In this document: positions 15,641 to 28,245 of the stretch, piece by piece | Position numbering within the stretch: the stretch's first letter is position 1 | Layout: each line of letters begins with the position of its first letter | From: Basidiobolus meristosporus CBS 931.73 | Taxonomy: Eukaryota; Fungi; Basidiobolomycota | NCBI GenBank assembly: GCA_002104905.1 | Contig: MCFE01000730.1 | Span: forward strand, 1-41,656 | Length of the DNA: 41,656 nt | Reading direction: 5' to 3' | Position numbers and translations under genes: made by a program | The notes under the pieces: generated by a model | What the model saw: the letters and a program-made list of their open reading frames with translations, nothing else | Database searches by the model: none | Told to the model about the DNA's origin: nothing

Positions 15641-16798
15641 ATGTAAATAATCAGTTTGGCATTGCTGGAAAATAAGATGTACATTGCTGATGAAGCTAAG
15701 TGAAATAAAGTTTCGATCATTAAGCGTAGCTTGGTCTTGTACATTGATCAAATTCAGAATTTCACTCGGAACAGCATGAATTTTCTCCAAAATTCCCGGT
15801 TACATGATTCGACGCCGACTTTTTTGCCAGTCATACATAGCTGGAATATGTAAGCATTAAGGCTAATGGGGAGGGCCTGACGGTCACATGCTTACAGAGA
15901 TTGTGATTTACACTAAGCCACCGAAGCGCCCCAATCCCTGTGATCCCAACCGACTTCAAATAGACAACGTGATATGTACCGTTTCATAGTCATGAAACCA
16001 ATGATTGCAGTAACATCTGATAGCACATCATCTCAATCTGACATCACCCTCAACCGTATAGAATACTTTTCCAGACTCGTGAATAGCGTGAGGGACGCGT
16101 ATGACGTATATGACAGTTGTGCAATTCCGAAAAATAGATGAATGGCTTGAGAAGACACCCCAGGAATCACCCTCACCGACTCGGATATCCAGATAACCAT
16201 CTAGTGGATTCCTATAAACCTACCATCCTCGGAATCGGCGGGGTATTCGAAATGCATCATTATCCAGGCAGGTTTTGAATCCAATCGATTAAATGCAATT
16301 CGATTTATGAAGATTCGGGGCGACGTAGATATGAGGATGGCGCACTCTAGGTTTTTGCTACTCACCACCCTCCTGGTGCCTAATTTATGTACAACTATAT
16401 GGCTGTCGAAAGGTAGGATGAGCGTGTAACTTTGATTCTATGGCGATGCAAGTCCATGCGAGCCACACGCGTTTCTGGCGAAAGCTCATGATTGGTATGG
16501 TATACTTCCTGCTCATGAACAACAGAAAGACCAACTGCTCCTCAAGATCCAAGGGCAGTGTGTAGACCATCCGACAAATGTAGGTGTATTGGAAAGTAAG
16601 GAAATGGAGTTTATTGTAAAACTGTACAGTTATATTTGAATCGATATGTAATATGGACAATATTCAATAGCAAGTTAAGTGCCTATGTAAACGAACGGTA
16701 AAAGCATTATAGTTACACATATCTGGTTAGCCTGTGTTTGATGTCTGTTTAGGGTATTTGCATACTTCCCATGAACCTAGGAGTGCCGGGTGCCACCA

Positions 16799-18454
16799 CT
16801 ACAATGCGTACCCATTTGGGCCTCGATAAAGAGCAACAACCACAGCAGTGAAGAGAAGGAAGATGAATCGACACCACTTCCAAGTATAGCTTAATGCGCC
16901 TTTGATGGAGTTCGTGATGTAGCCGAACCATCCTACTGACTCCTCCACATTCTCGGTCTCTTCCCCAGAAAGGTCATCATCATCCTGGAGTTCAGCGCCG
17001 TAGTTGGCCTCCTCAGTGTAGCCAGATAGTAATTTACTCTTCTCCTCTTGACTGAATATATCCCGAAGATAGCTGGCGCTGACGCTGTGGCTGTTCGGAG
17101 ATGCTATGGAGTCTAAGCTGGGAGAATTCAAATTACTATCGATCACTGTCGACTCCAGAATCTTGGGGGTTGAGGAGATCAATTCGGAGCTGGGAACCTT
17201 AGTACTGTTGGTGAGTGGCTGTCCGGTAACGTTGCGATACCATTCCGACTCCAGCTCGCTCAACAGTGTGCAGCGTTTGCGCATAGACACCTGGGATGTC
17301 CCAGCAGGGGAGTTAGTGGAGCTTAGAGAGTTGAAGATGGCTGAGTTGAGGTTTGCCTTGGGCGAGGAAAAGTTTGCCTGGAGGTTGAAGGTGCCAGGTA
17401 CCGAGCGTGGAGAGGTTTGGTTGAAAACATTCTGTATCCACGATCGTTGCTCCTCCACTGATTGAGACAGTTCGGCAACATGCATGGATTGGCGCTCGAA
17501 AGCAACTTGAAGCTCGTTGTACTCGTGTTGCACCTCCTCAAGCTCCTCGATTCGCAGGCGAGCCTCTTCCAAACCCTTGAGCACCTCGTTGAGTCGCACT
17601 TCCAGCTCGGATTTCTGGGCATCAATGGAAGAATTTTGCTCCTCGAGGTGGCTGACCTGGTGGATGAGTTGATCAACAAATTGCTCGTCAACTGCCTCAT
17701 TTCGGGCTTCGTTGCGATCCACTTTTTTTCTCTGCAGAATCTCTCTGTTTCTGTCCTCTAGCTGCTCAATCGTCTGAGTGGCCATTTCAAGCTCTGTTCG
17801 AAGACCACGGATGTCGGCTTCCAAACTCCGCACTTTACGCTCATCCTTCTTGCGGAGGGCGGCGTTTTCCTTGATAGCGGCCTCCAGACGGCTTTGCAAC
17901 TCAGCATTGATCATCTCCAGGCCGCTCATATTCTCCTCCTCGAGTCTTGTGCTCTGTCGACGCGACATAGGCCGAATTGGGTGGATGGTGTTGACCGGAG
18001 TGTTCTGCAGTTGATTCTTTTCCACGATTTCCATGTGATCCGAGCCCTCAGGCTCAGCAACAAAAAATCCGTGCTCACTCAGATAATCCATCATCTCCTC
18101 ACATTTGGTCTTCAGGGACTCGTTTTCTTCCAAGACTTTGTTTCGGAGTTTCGCAGCGAAAGTGAGCTCTGTATATTGGTGGCGGTAGGGAACAAATTAA
18201 TGAGGTCTGCTCAGGGAAGTCGGCCTGACCCAGCAAAACATACCTTTGTCTTTCTCGGTGATTATGTTGTAGGCTTCACGGAGCAAGTTCTGCACCTCTG
18301 CTCGGGTGAATCTGCTCAAGGTGGCACGAGCATTCTTGATGGAGGGCGAGTTGGGGTTTGAATTGACATCCAAATGCTCCCCGCAATGAACCGGACGAGA
18401 AACCAGGATATCGGCCGATTGGGCTGGGGTTGGGGGAAGAAGCTGATCAATCAT
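16799..18454 (-). CDS. Coiled-coil protein with CC1-box-like N-terminus and C-terminal transmembrane helix
   Basis: Exon 18454-18244, intron 18243-18169 (GTATGT..CAG), exon 18168-16799 in frame (..ITEKDK/ELTFAAKLRNKVLEEN..). Long heptad region, Ser-rich linker, hydrophobic tail FIFLLFTAVVVALY. Confidence 0.8.
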
Positions 18455-19990
18455 GTTTGAAAAAGATGACTGGGGTTAAAACAGCGTTGGTTTAAGAAGA
18501 GAAGGTTAGTTAGGTGTGGGTTAGAGCAAGGTTAGACTGGGTTATAACAGTGGCAAGGACAGTTCAGCCGTATATATGGTAGAGGCAGTGGTTGATGGTT
18601 GACGTTAAATCTGGAACCAAAAAAGAAAATTATCTGGTTTAGGGAGAGCGAGAAGAGAGAGGCTGGCGTCAGAGTGAGAATGATATGGCACTAATGATCA
18701 CACGAAACACTTGTCCAACTGCTGGATAAGGCGATGATGGGGCATCCATTGCATGAACTCATTTAAACAAATATACGGCAGAGGTACACACAGGCAGGTG
18801 TGAAAATAAAGTAGCAATTAATGGCAATTAATGAGCAGAGACTCAATTTAGGCCAAGCGCAAGTTTGAATCATGGCAGTATTTGCACATTCACCTATTGT
18901 ATAGTCAATGGCCGATCGGGGACTAAATTCCTTTGTGAATGCAGCGAATAGGCTACGGAGTCGGATGCAGTGAGTCTAATGAGTTCCATGCCGTGAAACG
19001 GAGATGGCAGTGATGTTCGAGGCAATATATCTGCATCCCAATGCGCATTTTTCCCGCTTCCAAGGCTGGATGGGGCGGGTTAGGTTGAACAATCATGAAA
19101 CAATCAACATATTAATAACAAGTACATGACTCCATTGCCATTGTCTGATGATCGATTGATCAGTGTCATGACCAGGCATGGCTTGGGTCATTTTGGAGAT
19201 GCAGTGGTTATGATGCGGCTGGGCAGAGGAGTGGTTGATGCACCTGCATTCACCACAGCTCCCCGCCTGGCGCTAGTTACACCCTCGCATACGGGCTCAA
19301 TGAAGCCAGAGGCGGACTTTAGCTATTGGTCCGAGCCCTATTGGGTGATATGTCCAGTGAGATCCTTGGGATCAGTGAGCCTCATAGCGGAAACCCACTT
19401 CTGCTGGATAGTGTCATGGGCGGACATCTGGTCCATAAGTGATCGTGCAGGATCACCGCAACTATCACAACGATTAAGCTTCTGCTGCTATTGTGGTGAA
19501 CTGTTCTATGCGATTGGGCCTAAAACCTTAAAGTGGCTCCTGATGGTATGCCTCAGGCTTGCGTCCACTGCAGCGATGCATTGGGCTTGCTGGAAATTCC
19601 CCATCTGCTACTGTTGCAGCTTCGGGCGTCTTTGACGGTGCATCGGGGTCCTATGGTGTGAGCTGTTCGCTTTGTGGCTGAGGCAGAAGGGTTTTGGGGC
19701 AGTTTTATTGCTTTTGGACTATGGTTACGTTATTTGGCGGGGTCATTTGGTTTAGCTTGCGTTAGGCTTTGCATTTGGTGGTGAGTATGTTAAGGATTCT
19801 ATGGAATCTGTCCCGCCACTCCATCTATAAAACATGGATATATGTAGCTTCTAGAGCCTGTTGGTTGTGATTGCGATGGAGCCCCACGCAGTGCGTAGTG
19901 AATCATGATAAGAATGCTAAATCCCTTGGAATTTTGAGTGTGATGGAGGTTGTCCACCATCCTGGGGATAGTCAGGTTGAGCTTTGGGAT

Positions 19991-21080
19991 TTACAAGCTG
20001 GGAGTAATCTCTCCGTAGACCTCGTGCACAAGCTCCATTACTTCCGCTTCAGAGAAACCAGCCAACCTGGCCATATCCTTGCTGGTTCGCAGTAGCTGAG
20101 AGATCATGAGCCTCCACTGTGCTTGCTGCCCCTTTGTGATGTTAAGGTTGCTCAGGCCGAGTGTCAGCATTGTGGCAAGATCTAGACGTGAGGTCATTTC
20201 TAGATCCGGCTCTGTAATGTTACAGGACCTTGAGGATTGTATCGGTGTCTGTGGAGGAGAGTGTTGTGTAAGCGCCTCTTGCTGAACACTGTTCGACACC
20301 AGCACCGGTGAAACGATCAAGGGTGGGGAGAAGGCGGCATGTTCTTGATCAATGCTCTCTCGTGATATAGCAGAGTCAAATGCCGAGACTTGGATGAATT
20401 CCTCTTCTTGCTCCTCTCCAGCATCTTCAGAAATATGCTGCGCCCGAGAGTCATTCCCGTCGTTGCAGCCTCCATTCCAAGGCACTAGATCTGATTCAGC
20501 TCGATCTGCTACCATGTGGATCTCATCGTATGGTGACCAGCAACTGGTTTCTTCGCTCTCGGCCACTGGATAACTTTCGCAATTCTACATCACATCAGTA
20601 CATACAGTACCATACGAGAAACATCAATATGTACGCCCATACCTCAATCAAGCAGTCACACGACTGATCAGCTACGATGGATGCTTTCCAGTCCTCCACG
20701 TCTGTTCTCCAACATATATCGTGATATATCCAACTGTCCTCAAGCTTCAACACAAGTCCAAAATCCCTCCCCTCCGCTCTGCTTCCCTTCTGCACTTCCA
20801 CAAACGCCCTGAAATCATTTGCTCCGTACCTTTTATATCTCACAGGCACCGAAAAGTCCAACTTTCCACCGCTTTGGACCAGATCGTGGTGCTGTATTCC
20901 ATGATTCCACTGGAGGGCTTCCATGAGTTGCTCCTCCGACAACTCCGAGCTCCCCAATAGTTGTACACGTTGAAACACATCGTCGCTAGAGAGCCCTAGG
21001 AGTTCGTTGTAACGGAGTTCGATCAACAGTTCCAAAAAAGAGCCTGCAGCTGTTCGGACGACCTCATCCATTTCGCACAT
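19991..21080 (-). CDS. Hypothetical protein (~343 aa, 2 exons)
   Basis: ORFs 20595-21080 and 19991-20566 are joined in frame by a 58-nt GTATGG..TAG intron (20642-20585). No recognised domain. Confidence 0.7.
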
Positions 21081-21540
21081 TCTGTATTGTCTAACGGTTT
21101 AAGGCTCTGAAAGGAGATGGGCGGCCAAATAAAAGCCTAGAGCAAGTGAATAGGGGATGGAAGTGTACACATCTGATCGTGACTCGTGCTTTCTGGTGCA
21201 TGGTGCCGAAAATGACTGGATTTAATTAGGTTCCCTGTGTCTGATCATTTTGGAGTCTTATCTGAGTATGTAGCTGCTAACTAAAACTCGCCATTTCATC
21301 ATGGTACATTAAATGTGCATGCTCAGAAATTATCCCTGAAACATCTTTCATGGTGGTTAGTCGAATCCAACATCACCCTTGAGGCTTTCAGTATCTTAAA
21401 ATACAAGCTTGATACAGTAGGTACAGCCTTAACTTCCAAACCCGCTTCATTTGCATAGAGGCCTCCTCACAGCACGATCTATATTTACAACTGGGGCCAT
21501 CTCAAAACCAACGAATAGTATACTAGCCAACCTCTCATCA

Positions 21541-22153
21541 ATGGAAAAGAACAACGCCAACCATGATCCAGCCCTTGCTTTCATGCGCAACAAGTTCCAG
21601 CACATGGAGGATATGGGGGAGAATGGGGAATTACGACCTTTCGGTAACTGAGGAGAATCAAGACTACGCAGGACTAGAGTACTAACCACCTTTTCAGGTA
21701 AAAACTCGGATGCCATGTTCGAGAAATTAGACATCATAAGACAACAGCAGATCGCCTTAGCGGTGGATCACATCATGCTGGAGAACGGCAACGATTCGAC
21801 GTATTTCGTTCAAATAACTTTTCTTCTAAACCCCAACGATTCTGAACCGATTTTTCTTCAGAAAACGAACGAACACGACTACTGATACCTCAGAGGGATT
21901 CAACAAAACCACACAACGATTCTTGCAAGGAGCAGAGGAGTTGGAGAGGCTAATGGTGAAGGTACCTGTGTGTTTTTTCTTTCCCCCAAAATCGATTTTA
22001 ACCTTTTGGCTCTACTCGACCCAGTTGGACGACCTGGGGAAGTCCATGTAAGTTTGTTTGATCGCTACCGTATCCGCAGTTCCATTAACACACCTTTCCA
22101 GGGCCGGCTTTCACGAACTCACAACTTCGTTGAACGAGCCCACCCAAAATTAA
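21541..22153 (+). CDS. Small hypothetical helical protein (~120 aa, 5 exons)
   Basis: Four GT-AG introns with consistent phases give MEKNNANHD..RPFG/KNSDAMFEKLDIIRQQQIALAVDHIMLE../..FLQGAEELERLMVK/LDDLGKSM/AGFHELTTSLNEPTQN*. An extra upstream exon is possible. Confidence 0.7.
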
Positions 22154-22537
22154 GTGTATTAACTGACAAACCTATAATTCTGAATCACCCCGACCGTGTA
22201 CTGAGCAAGTGCTTGCCAAACGCTCACGGACCTCTAAACCACCCGAAAAATAAACCCATCCTTTCCTTGTCTACCGACACCGCTATTTGTCACCAGCTCT
22301 ATTCTGACCAGAGCAAGCCTATCCATTCCTGCTTGCATTCCAGTCCAATGGACTATTTGCGGAAAAGGACCCCGCTGGAAATCCGGATGCTGGCACAGAC
22401 CATTGAGATTACATGGACATCAAATCAACCGAGAATTTTGGGGGAGCGGGGAGGATTCATTCAAAAGTATGGAAGCATCGACATTGAATCGGAAAATTTC
22501 TTGATTTCATTTTGAATCGTCTGAAGGCTTCACTGTA

Positions 22538-23293
22538 ATGACCCGTCTCGCTGCGTTTCGTACCCTATGTGTTGCCCCTCGGCTTAGGGTGGTGGGTACT
22601 TCTTCATACACAAGATATGCTTCCTTGGTGAAAACACGTTTGTACACCGTCGACACAAATGCGAAAGAGGGCCAGGGCGAAAGAGAGTTGGTGTACCAGG
22701 CTGAGGTGGGGGAAGCGGCGAAATATTTAAAACTGATGTCTGTTAGCTCGTTTGCTATTGCTGGTGTGGCCAGTCCGTTCATCGTCATATTCCGAGATAA
22801 CCCCGCGCTGGTGGAAGCCAACGTTAACCTGTCCGTTTTGGGTGCCTGTAAGTGGATGTTTCTTTCAACCAAGGTGATGCTTGTGTCCTAACACGAGGCT
22901 TTTTTGACACCCGTAGCTTTGCTGGCCAGTGGCCTGTCTACTTTCCTGATTCACAAGTTCTTTTCTCCATTCGTGACCAAAATATACCTCCATAAATCAC
23001 ACTCGACCTTTGCCAATGAGGAGTCCGAGCACTTGATCACGCCCTTCACCAAGATTACCCTGGAGACCCTGTCACTTCTAGGTATGCCGAGATACACCAC
23101 CCTGCAGCTTCGTGACCTACTCCCAGGAGACAAAAATCTGGAAACCTGGATTGTGAAAAGCGGGGTGAACACCGGCAAGGGTCCTAAGACGTTTTGGCTA
23201 GAGAGAAGACAGCACAAGGAGGAGGTCAAGAAGATGATCCAGGTTGTCAAGGATTGGCAGAGCTCGCAGGGAACGGGAGGCCGCTCCGTCTAA
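22538..23293 (+). CDS. Mitochondrial TMEM70/TMEM186-like membrane protein (2 exons)
   Basis: Arg/Ser/Leu-rich presequence-like N-terminus, LVYQAEVGEAAKYLKLMSVSS, two hydrophobic segments, FFSPFVTKIY and ITLETLSLLG. One GTAAGT..TAG intron joins ORFs 22538 and 22904 in frame. Confidence 0.65.
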
Positions 23294-23432
23294 ACATCTT
23301 CACCCTCATTTTGAAGCCCACCTTCTTTACCTATGGCCACCCCTCCATGTTTCTTACCCAAATAAATAGATTTACGCTGGTAATCAAGAAAACACACACC
23401 TGATACTATTGAGTTTAAACATGCGCCAACGT

Positions 23433-23641
23433 GTCACATGATGTGCTGATGAGTTGAATTCTTTGAGGGCTTGATAAAAGTATTGGGATGGGGAAGCACC
23501 CGCTCTTTCTCTTTCGGAATCTATTGATCAAAGTGAGCAAGGTACATATCGCAGTTACTAGCATCCATCAATATTCACGGGTCCCACTCATCCCACTTAT
23601 GTGTGCACGATTATTCACCGGTTACAATTGTTCTGCTGTAG
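23433..23641 (+). promoter_or_regulatory. RPL32 upstream module: GTCACATG box, GCTCTTTCTCTT pyrimidine element and 5'-UTR intron
   Basis: GTCACATG at 23433-23440; GCTCTTTCTCTT at 23502-23513; probable intron from 23542 (or 23533) to the acceptor at 23641, 1 nt before the ATG. The same layout occurs at RPS16. Confidence 0.5.
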
Positions 23642-23642
23642 A

Positions 23643-24041
23643 ATGGTCTCCTCATCGAATAAAGTAGCTATTGTCAAGAAGCGCACCAAGCCTTTCAAGC
23701 GTCACCAATCTGACCGCTACAAGACTGTCAAAGAGTCATGGAGAAAGCCTAAGGGTATCGATAACCGTGTTCGTCGTAGATTCAAGGGCCAAATCCCTAT
23801 GCCTAAGATCGGTTACGGTTCCAACAGCAAGACCCGCCATTTAATGCCTAATGGTTTCAAGAAGTTCCTTGTTTCCAGCGTCAAGGAGCTAGAGGTGCTG
23901 TTGATGCAAAACCGTACCTATGCTGCCGAGATTGCCCACAATGTCAGCTCCAAGAACCGCGTCGCCATTGTCGAACGTGCCCAACAATTGAACGTTAAGG
24001 TCACCAACGCCAACGCTCGTCTTCGTACCCAAGAAAACTAG
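23643..24041 (+). CDS. RPL32: 60S ribosomal protein L32 (eL32)
   Basis: [44 protein letters not shown]. True ATG at 23643. Confidence 0.98.
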   Translation: MVSSSNKVAIVKKRTKPFKRHQSDRYKTVKESWRKPKGIDNRVRRRFKGQIPMPKIGYGSNSKTRHLMPNGFKKFLVSSVKELEVLLMQNRTYAAEIAHNVSSKNRVAIVERAQQLNVKVTNANARLRTQEN

Positions 24042-24576
24042 ATCCAACATAGTGTATGGATAATGAGATTGCATTTTCGTTTCCAGCATCTTTGCCACTC
24101 AATAAACTCATCTAATTTCGATGTCATCATACTACTACCACTAAAGGCGGTTCGACCAAGCAGTCTCGTTGGAGATACTGAATCCCTATGTGGGAGGAAC
24201 ACGTCCCAGGGAAGAACCCTCGAGGGTACATTCCGCCCGCACCTTGGACCCGGTTTGACTTGGCGATAGTAAATCAATGCAGAGTGGATGGATGGAATGC
24301 AGTTCTACGAAAGATTGATTGCCCCACGCTGATGCAACAGCCCATTTCCCCGACCCTGCGCCATTGGGAGCAATAAAGCAGTCAGTAAATACACACGATA
24401 CTGTATCACTATGCACTCTGTCCACAAACGGGCCAGGATCAATCTACCTGCCGCCCAGTCAATTGAACAAGTGGCCGTACTGTCACATTAACCAGTTTAT
24501 TAGATTGCCGCAAAATCTCCCATTTGCATAAAACAGAGCAGCTATCAATAAATTCCACGAAGGAGGATGACAAAGG

Positions 24577-25065
24577 TTAACGGTAAGATTTTTGGTATCT
24601 GGCACGGGCACCTGGACCTCCGAATTTCTTGGGTTCGCAGCGTCTGGGATCGGCGACAAGAAGGGTTCTGTCGTAGGCGACGAGCTTCTCCTTGATTTCT
24701 TTCTTGGATGCCTCGTCAACGAATTTCTGGTAGAAAGCGACGATAGCCTTGGCGATGGCTTGACGGATGGCATAGATTTGGGAGGTGTGTCCACCACCAC
24801 GAACGCGAACTCTGATGTCAACATCGGCGAATTTGTCTTCACCGAGGATGAGAATGGGCTCGTAGACCTTGAACTTGAGGATCTCAGGCTCAACGAGCTC
24901 GATGGGGGAGCCGTTGATACGGATCATGCCCTTTCCGCGCTTGCAGAAAGCGACAGCAGTGGCAGTTTTCTAGATATGAGGTCAAGACTGGTAAGCTTAG
25001 ATGATCAGGGGACGTTGCAGTTTGCATCAACCAACCTTACGACCGAAAGTTTGGACAGCCTCCAT
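24577..25065 (-). CDS. RPS16: 40S ribosomal protein S16 (uS9), 2 coding exons
   Basis: [10 protein letters not shown] / intron 25035-24970 / [55 protein letters not shown]. Confidence 0.98.
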
Positions 25066-25077
25066 GTTTTGAAACTT

Positions 25078-25302
25078 CAGTGCAAAAAAAAAAAGAAGCT
25101 CATGTTAGACTCGGGTTGTGTTGGTGTATGCTACACGAATGCTGATGGATGGATTCATTCAGTGTTTTGTTGGTATGCTAACCTTGCCGACGAAAGTGGT
25201 GGATTCAAGTTCAGAAGAGAAAGAGCCACACCGCTCGTTTGGGGGAGTTTTGTGCCCAATCCTGATGTCTCCGCCAAATGGTCCCTAGATCTAGGTCACG
25301 TG
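25078..25302 (-). promoter_or_regulatory. RPS16 upstream module: CACGTGAC box, GCTCTTTCTCTT element and 5'-UTR intron
   Basis: GTCACGTG at 25295-25302; GCTCTTTCTCTT at 25226-25215 (minus strand); donor GCAAG/GTTAGC at 25183/25182; CTAAC branch site and polyU tract before the ATG. Confidence 0.5.
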
Positions 25303-25664
25303 GGCAGTCAGTCTATTTCTCTCGCTTGATGATTTTCTGCCTATCCTTTTGAATGTTGTTTCAGCTACTGATGGATCGGACCTGCGAAAGTACCTTGCAT
25401 TGGTCGACGACATCAGGCGGGAGTTCGTTCCCGGTCGAGCATCCCCTCCAGCTCCCAGCAATGCATGGTTCTTTGGGGGATTATTAGGCTGATTTCGAGC
25501 CTCTATTCAACGTTGGTGTTGGCCAATAGGTTGTGGTTGGATATATTTATTGCTTAGGCTCATGTTTATGGTTTGTACAGATTGTGAGGAACGAGCTAGT
25601 GAGGTTCAGATAATTATACAGTGCAAGCTCATTTGGACGGTAACGGAAGCGGGGAGTTAAAGCA

Positions 25665-28245
25665 TCACATATCCAGATCATCCATGTACCTATAGGCCTT
25701 GACCGGGTCGTTGGCCCGCACAGCATGGGGGAGTGGCGAAAGTTCCGGGCAGTGGTACATGTGCCGGCCAAATATGATTTTCCCTTCCACTCGGCGGTAC
25801 TTGGCCAGTGTGACATATGGTTCCTTGGTCTTTCTGCCGGTCTCCGGGTTCACACACAACATGTTGCACCGCTTGCAGGAGCCGAGGATCTTGAACACCT
25901 GCGTGCCAATCTTGACCACCTCCCATTGATCCTCCTCGTATGCCCGGTTTCCACGAACAACAATGTTGCCCCTGAAGGCATCAATAAACACGGGTCCATT
26001 CTTGGTCTCTGCGTTGATCTCTGATTGGAGAATTCGGTGATTGACATCATCCACACTTGATTGAGAAATCATCAAGAAGGGTGATTCGTTCTGAAGCGAA
26101 AGCTCAACTTGGCTGGATCCAGCTGCAGCACTAGGAACAAGGTACGCGGTAACATTCTTGTCGGTCATGTGGGCGCCTAATGACCGCCGAATGAGGTGTT
26201 GACGAGCCAGATGGCAGGGGACCTCAAGGAATGTGCTAAACCACTCGTTAACCTGCTGGGATTTATAATGCTGCACCTCGAGATGCTCCCCAAACACACC
26301 AGACCTTGAGCAAATAAAGTTGTGCTCACTCTCGACCAAAGGAATTCGCAAATCGGGCCAGTTGGGGGCGGTAACAATCATACACTGTGCCACTTCATCG
26401 ATGCTAGCGCGGATCAAAGCCATTTTCGTGATTTTCTTCATGCTCATCGCGTTGCCATCTTCGTTGTTCACCAGCATCCACTCATGGTCGTACTTGAACC
26501 CCGTGGAGGTAATAGGCCAAGCCATGCTTGCAGGGACATGGAAGCCATGGCATGACTTGATTGGGTACACGCACACTGAATCCAGAGTGGTCTCACTGAC
26601 GTTGGGCGCTGCTTGGTAGCTCTTGGGCTCAGTGCTGACGACGAAAAACTCCTTCAGAAAGTCGATCCATGCGATGACATCGTCAATGGTGGACATGGCG
26701 CCCAGGGAAATGCGAATCGAGCCTGTCGGCTTGCCAGCAATGACATCTTTGTCGTCCCAGCACACATGGCCAGCGCTCAAATTCTCTTTGACTTCCTCCG
26801 AGCTTAGATCCAGCCATCTCTGCATCGCACCCGGGTTACAGAAACCCCCAGTGCGGACATGAATAGAGCTTGCCGTAGCCAGTCTTTCAATCTCAGTATA
26901 GCCTACCCAGTCCCCACTGGGCCTCATCAGGTTGAAGTTGATAATCGGCCCTTGCTTTGTAGGATCTCCGTAGTGGTCACCATTGCAGAAAATCGCACAA
27001 ACTGGACTGCCATTCCAGTGTTTCAGGGCAGACATTTGTAGGTACATATAGGCTACAAGGGAGTTGACGTGCTGAGTGATGTGGCTGTAATCGCCGTAAA
27101 GCTCTTCAGCAACATCAAACGCATGATCCAGGGCGATAATATCAAGGAAATTGATTGTTCCGTCCTCGTACTTGCCACTTAATGAAGTGCGGAACACCTG
27201 CCAATCGTGATCGTATGTGACGCCAGACACTACCAGTGAATTAGGTTGGTTACAAGCGAGAGGAATTAGATGTCGAGCACACCACTATACCTGTTCCTCC
27301 ACCAAAATAGGTTTTCGTGAGCAACGGTGCCAGCTCGGACTTAACCATAAGCGCCCCCAGACCAGTGGGGAACCCAAACAGCTTGTAGAAAGATAATGCG
27401 ACAAAATCCGGTGATTTGGTGGTGTCTTGCAATGACAATTGTGAGGATGTTAGGTAGGAGGAGGCGTCGAGTAAAACCTTCCAGTTCTCTTCTTCGGTGT
27501 TTAGTTGGGTATATGCAGAATGAGTCCAACCAAGTGGGAATCGAGCGCCCGAGAAGTTGCATTGAGCAGGATATGCTAGAAGGTTGTAAGCAGGCTCGTG
27601 CTGGTGCCCCTCCTCGCTTGTGCTAGGTTTAGAGCTTCGCAGCATGCTTTCAAGTTCTTCCTGAGAGATTGAGTTGGCTGAAGCTCCAGAGGCAGAGGCA
27701 GAGGCTCTCAATCCAACTAGCGAAGTGTGAGCTTCTCGCAAATAAAGGAATTTGCTTTTGTCTGACCAAGGGAATATTTCGCCAGCAAGTTTGATGGCTG
27801 CAGTGGCGTTCTGGGTGAAGATGACAGTATACTCATTGTCAGAAACTTTGAAAAAATTTAGGATGCGCTGGCGAACACGCTCTACACGAGTGCTGCTAAG
27901 CTTTGAACTAGGGTTTTGAGAATGAGGATTGCCATAAAGGTTGGAGGTAAGGTCGCGGGTAAATCGCTGCAGTTGAGAGGCGGCATAGGTGGTGGCCCCT
28001 GCATGGTCTAAATACACTTGGTCTAGAACGGATTGTAAGAAAGTGGCTTCAAGTGGGGAGCACCAGTATACAGTACCTTTTAGCTGAGGATATTCTTGCT
28101 CTCTTATCTTGGCAATCCTCCCGGAATAGCCATATGTTTTAAGGTTTTGGCTGATAAAATGGTCTTTTTCGGTTCTAGAATGCTCTGCTGGTTGAGAGAC
28201 CCTAGGAATAGTAAAGGTGCCGTTTTGAGATAATGTTGGCGACAT
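25665..28245 (-). CDS. hxB: Molybdenum cofactor sulfurase (NifS-like PLP domain plus MOSC domain)
   Basis: VYLDHAGAT, FTQNATAAIKL, VLLDAS, PLP-lysine motif SFYKLFGFPTGLG, RTGGFCNPG, MOSC-N YPIKSC and YDHEWMLV, FRGNIVV, CKRCNM. Two short introns. Confidence 0.95.

Noticed and set aside
24080-24110. GGTTCGACC B-box-like string between RPL32 and RPS16 (tRNA or other ncRNA?)
   Set aside because: No cloverleaf or A box, and no snRNA, snoRNA or RNase P/MRP signature found by eye. An Infernal scan would be decisive.
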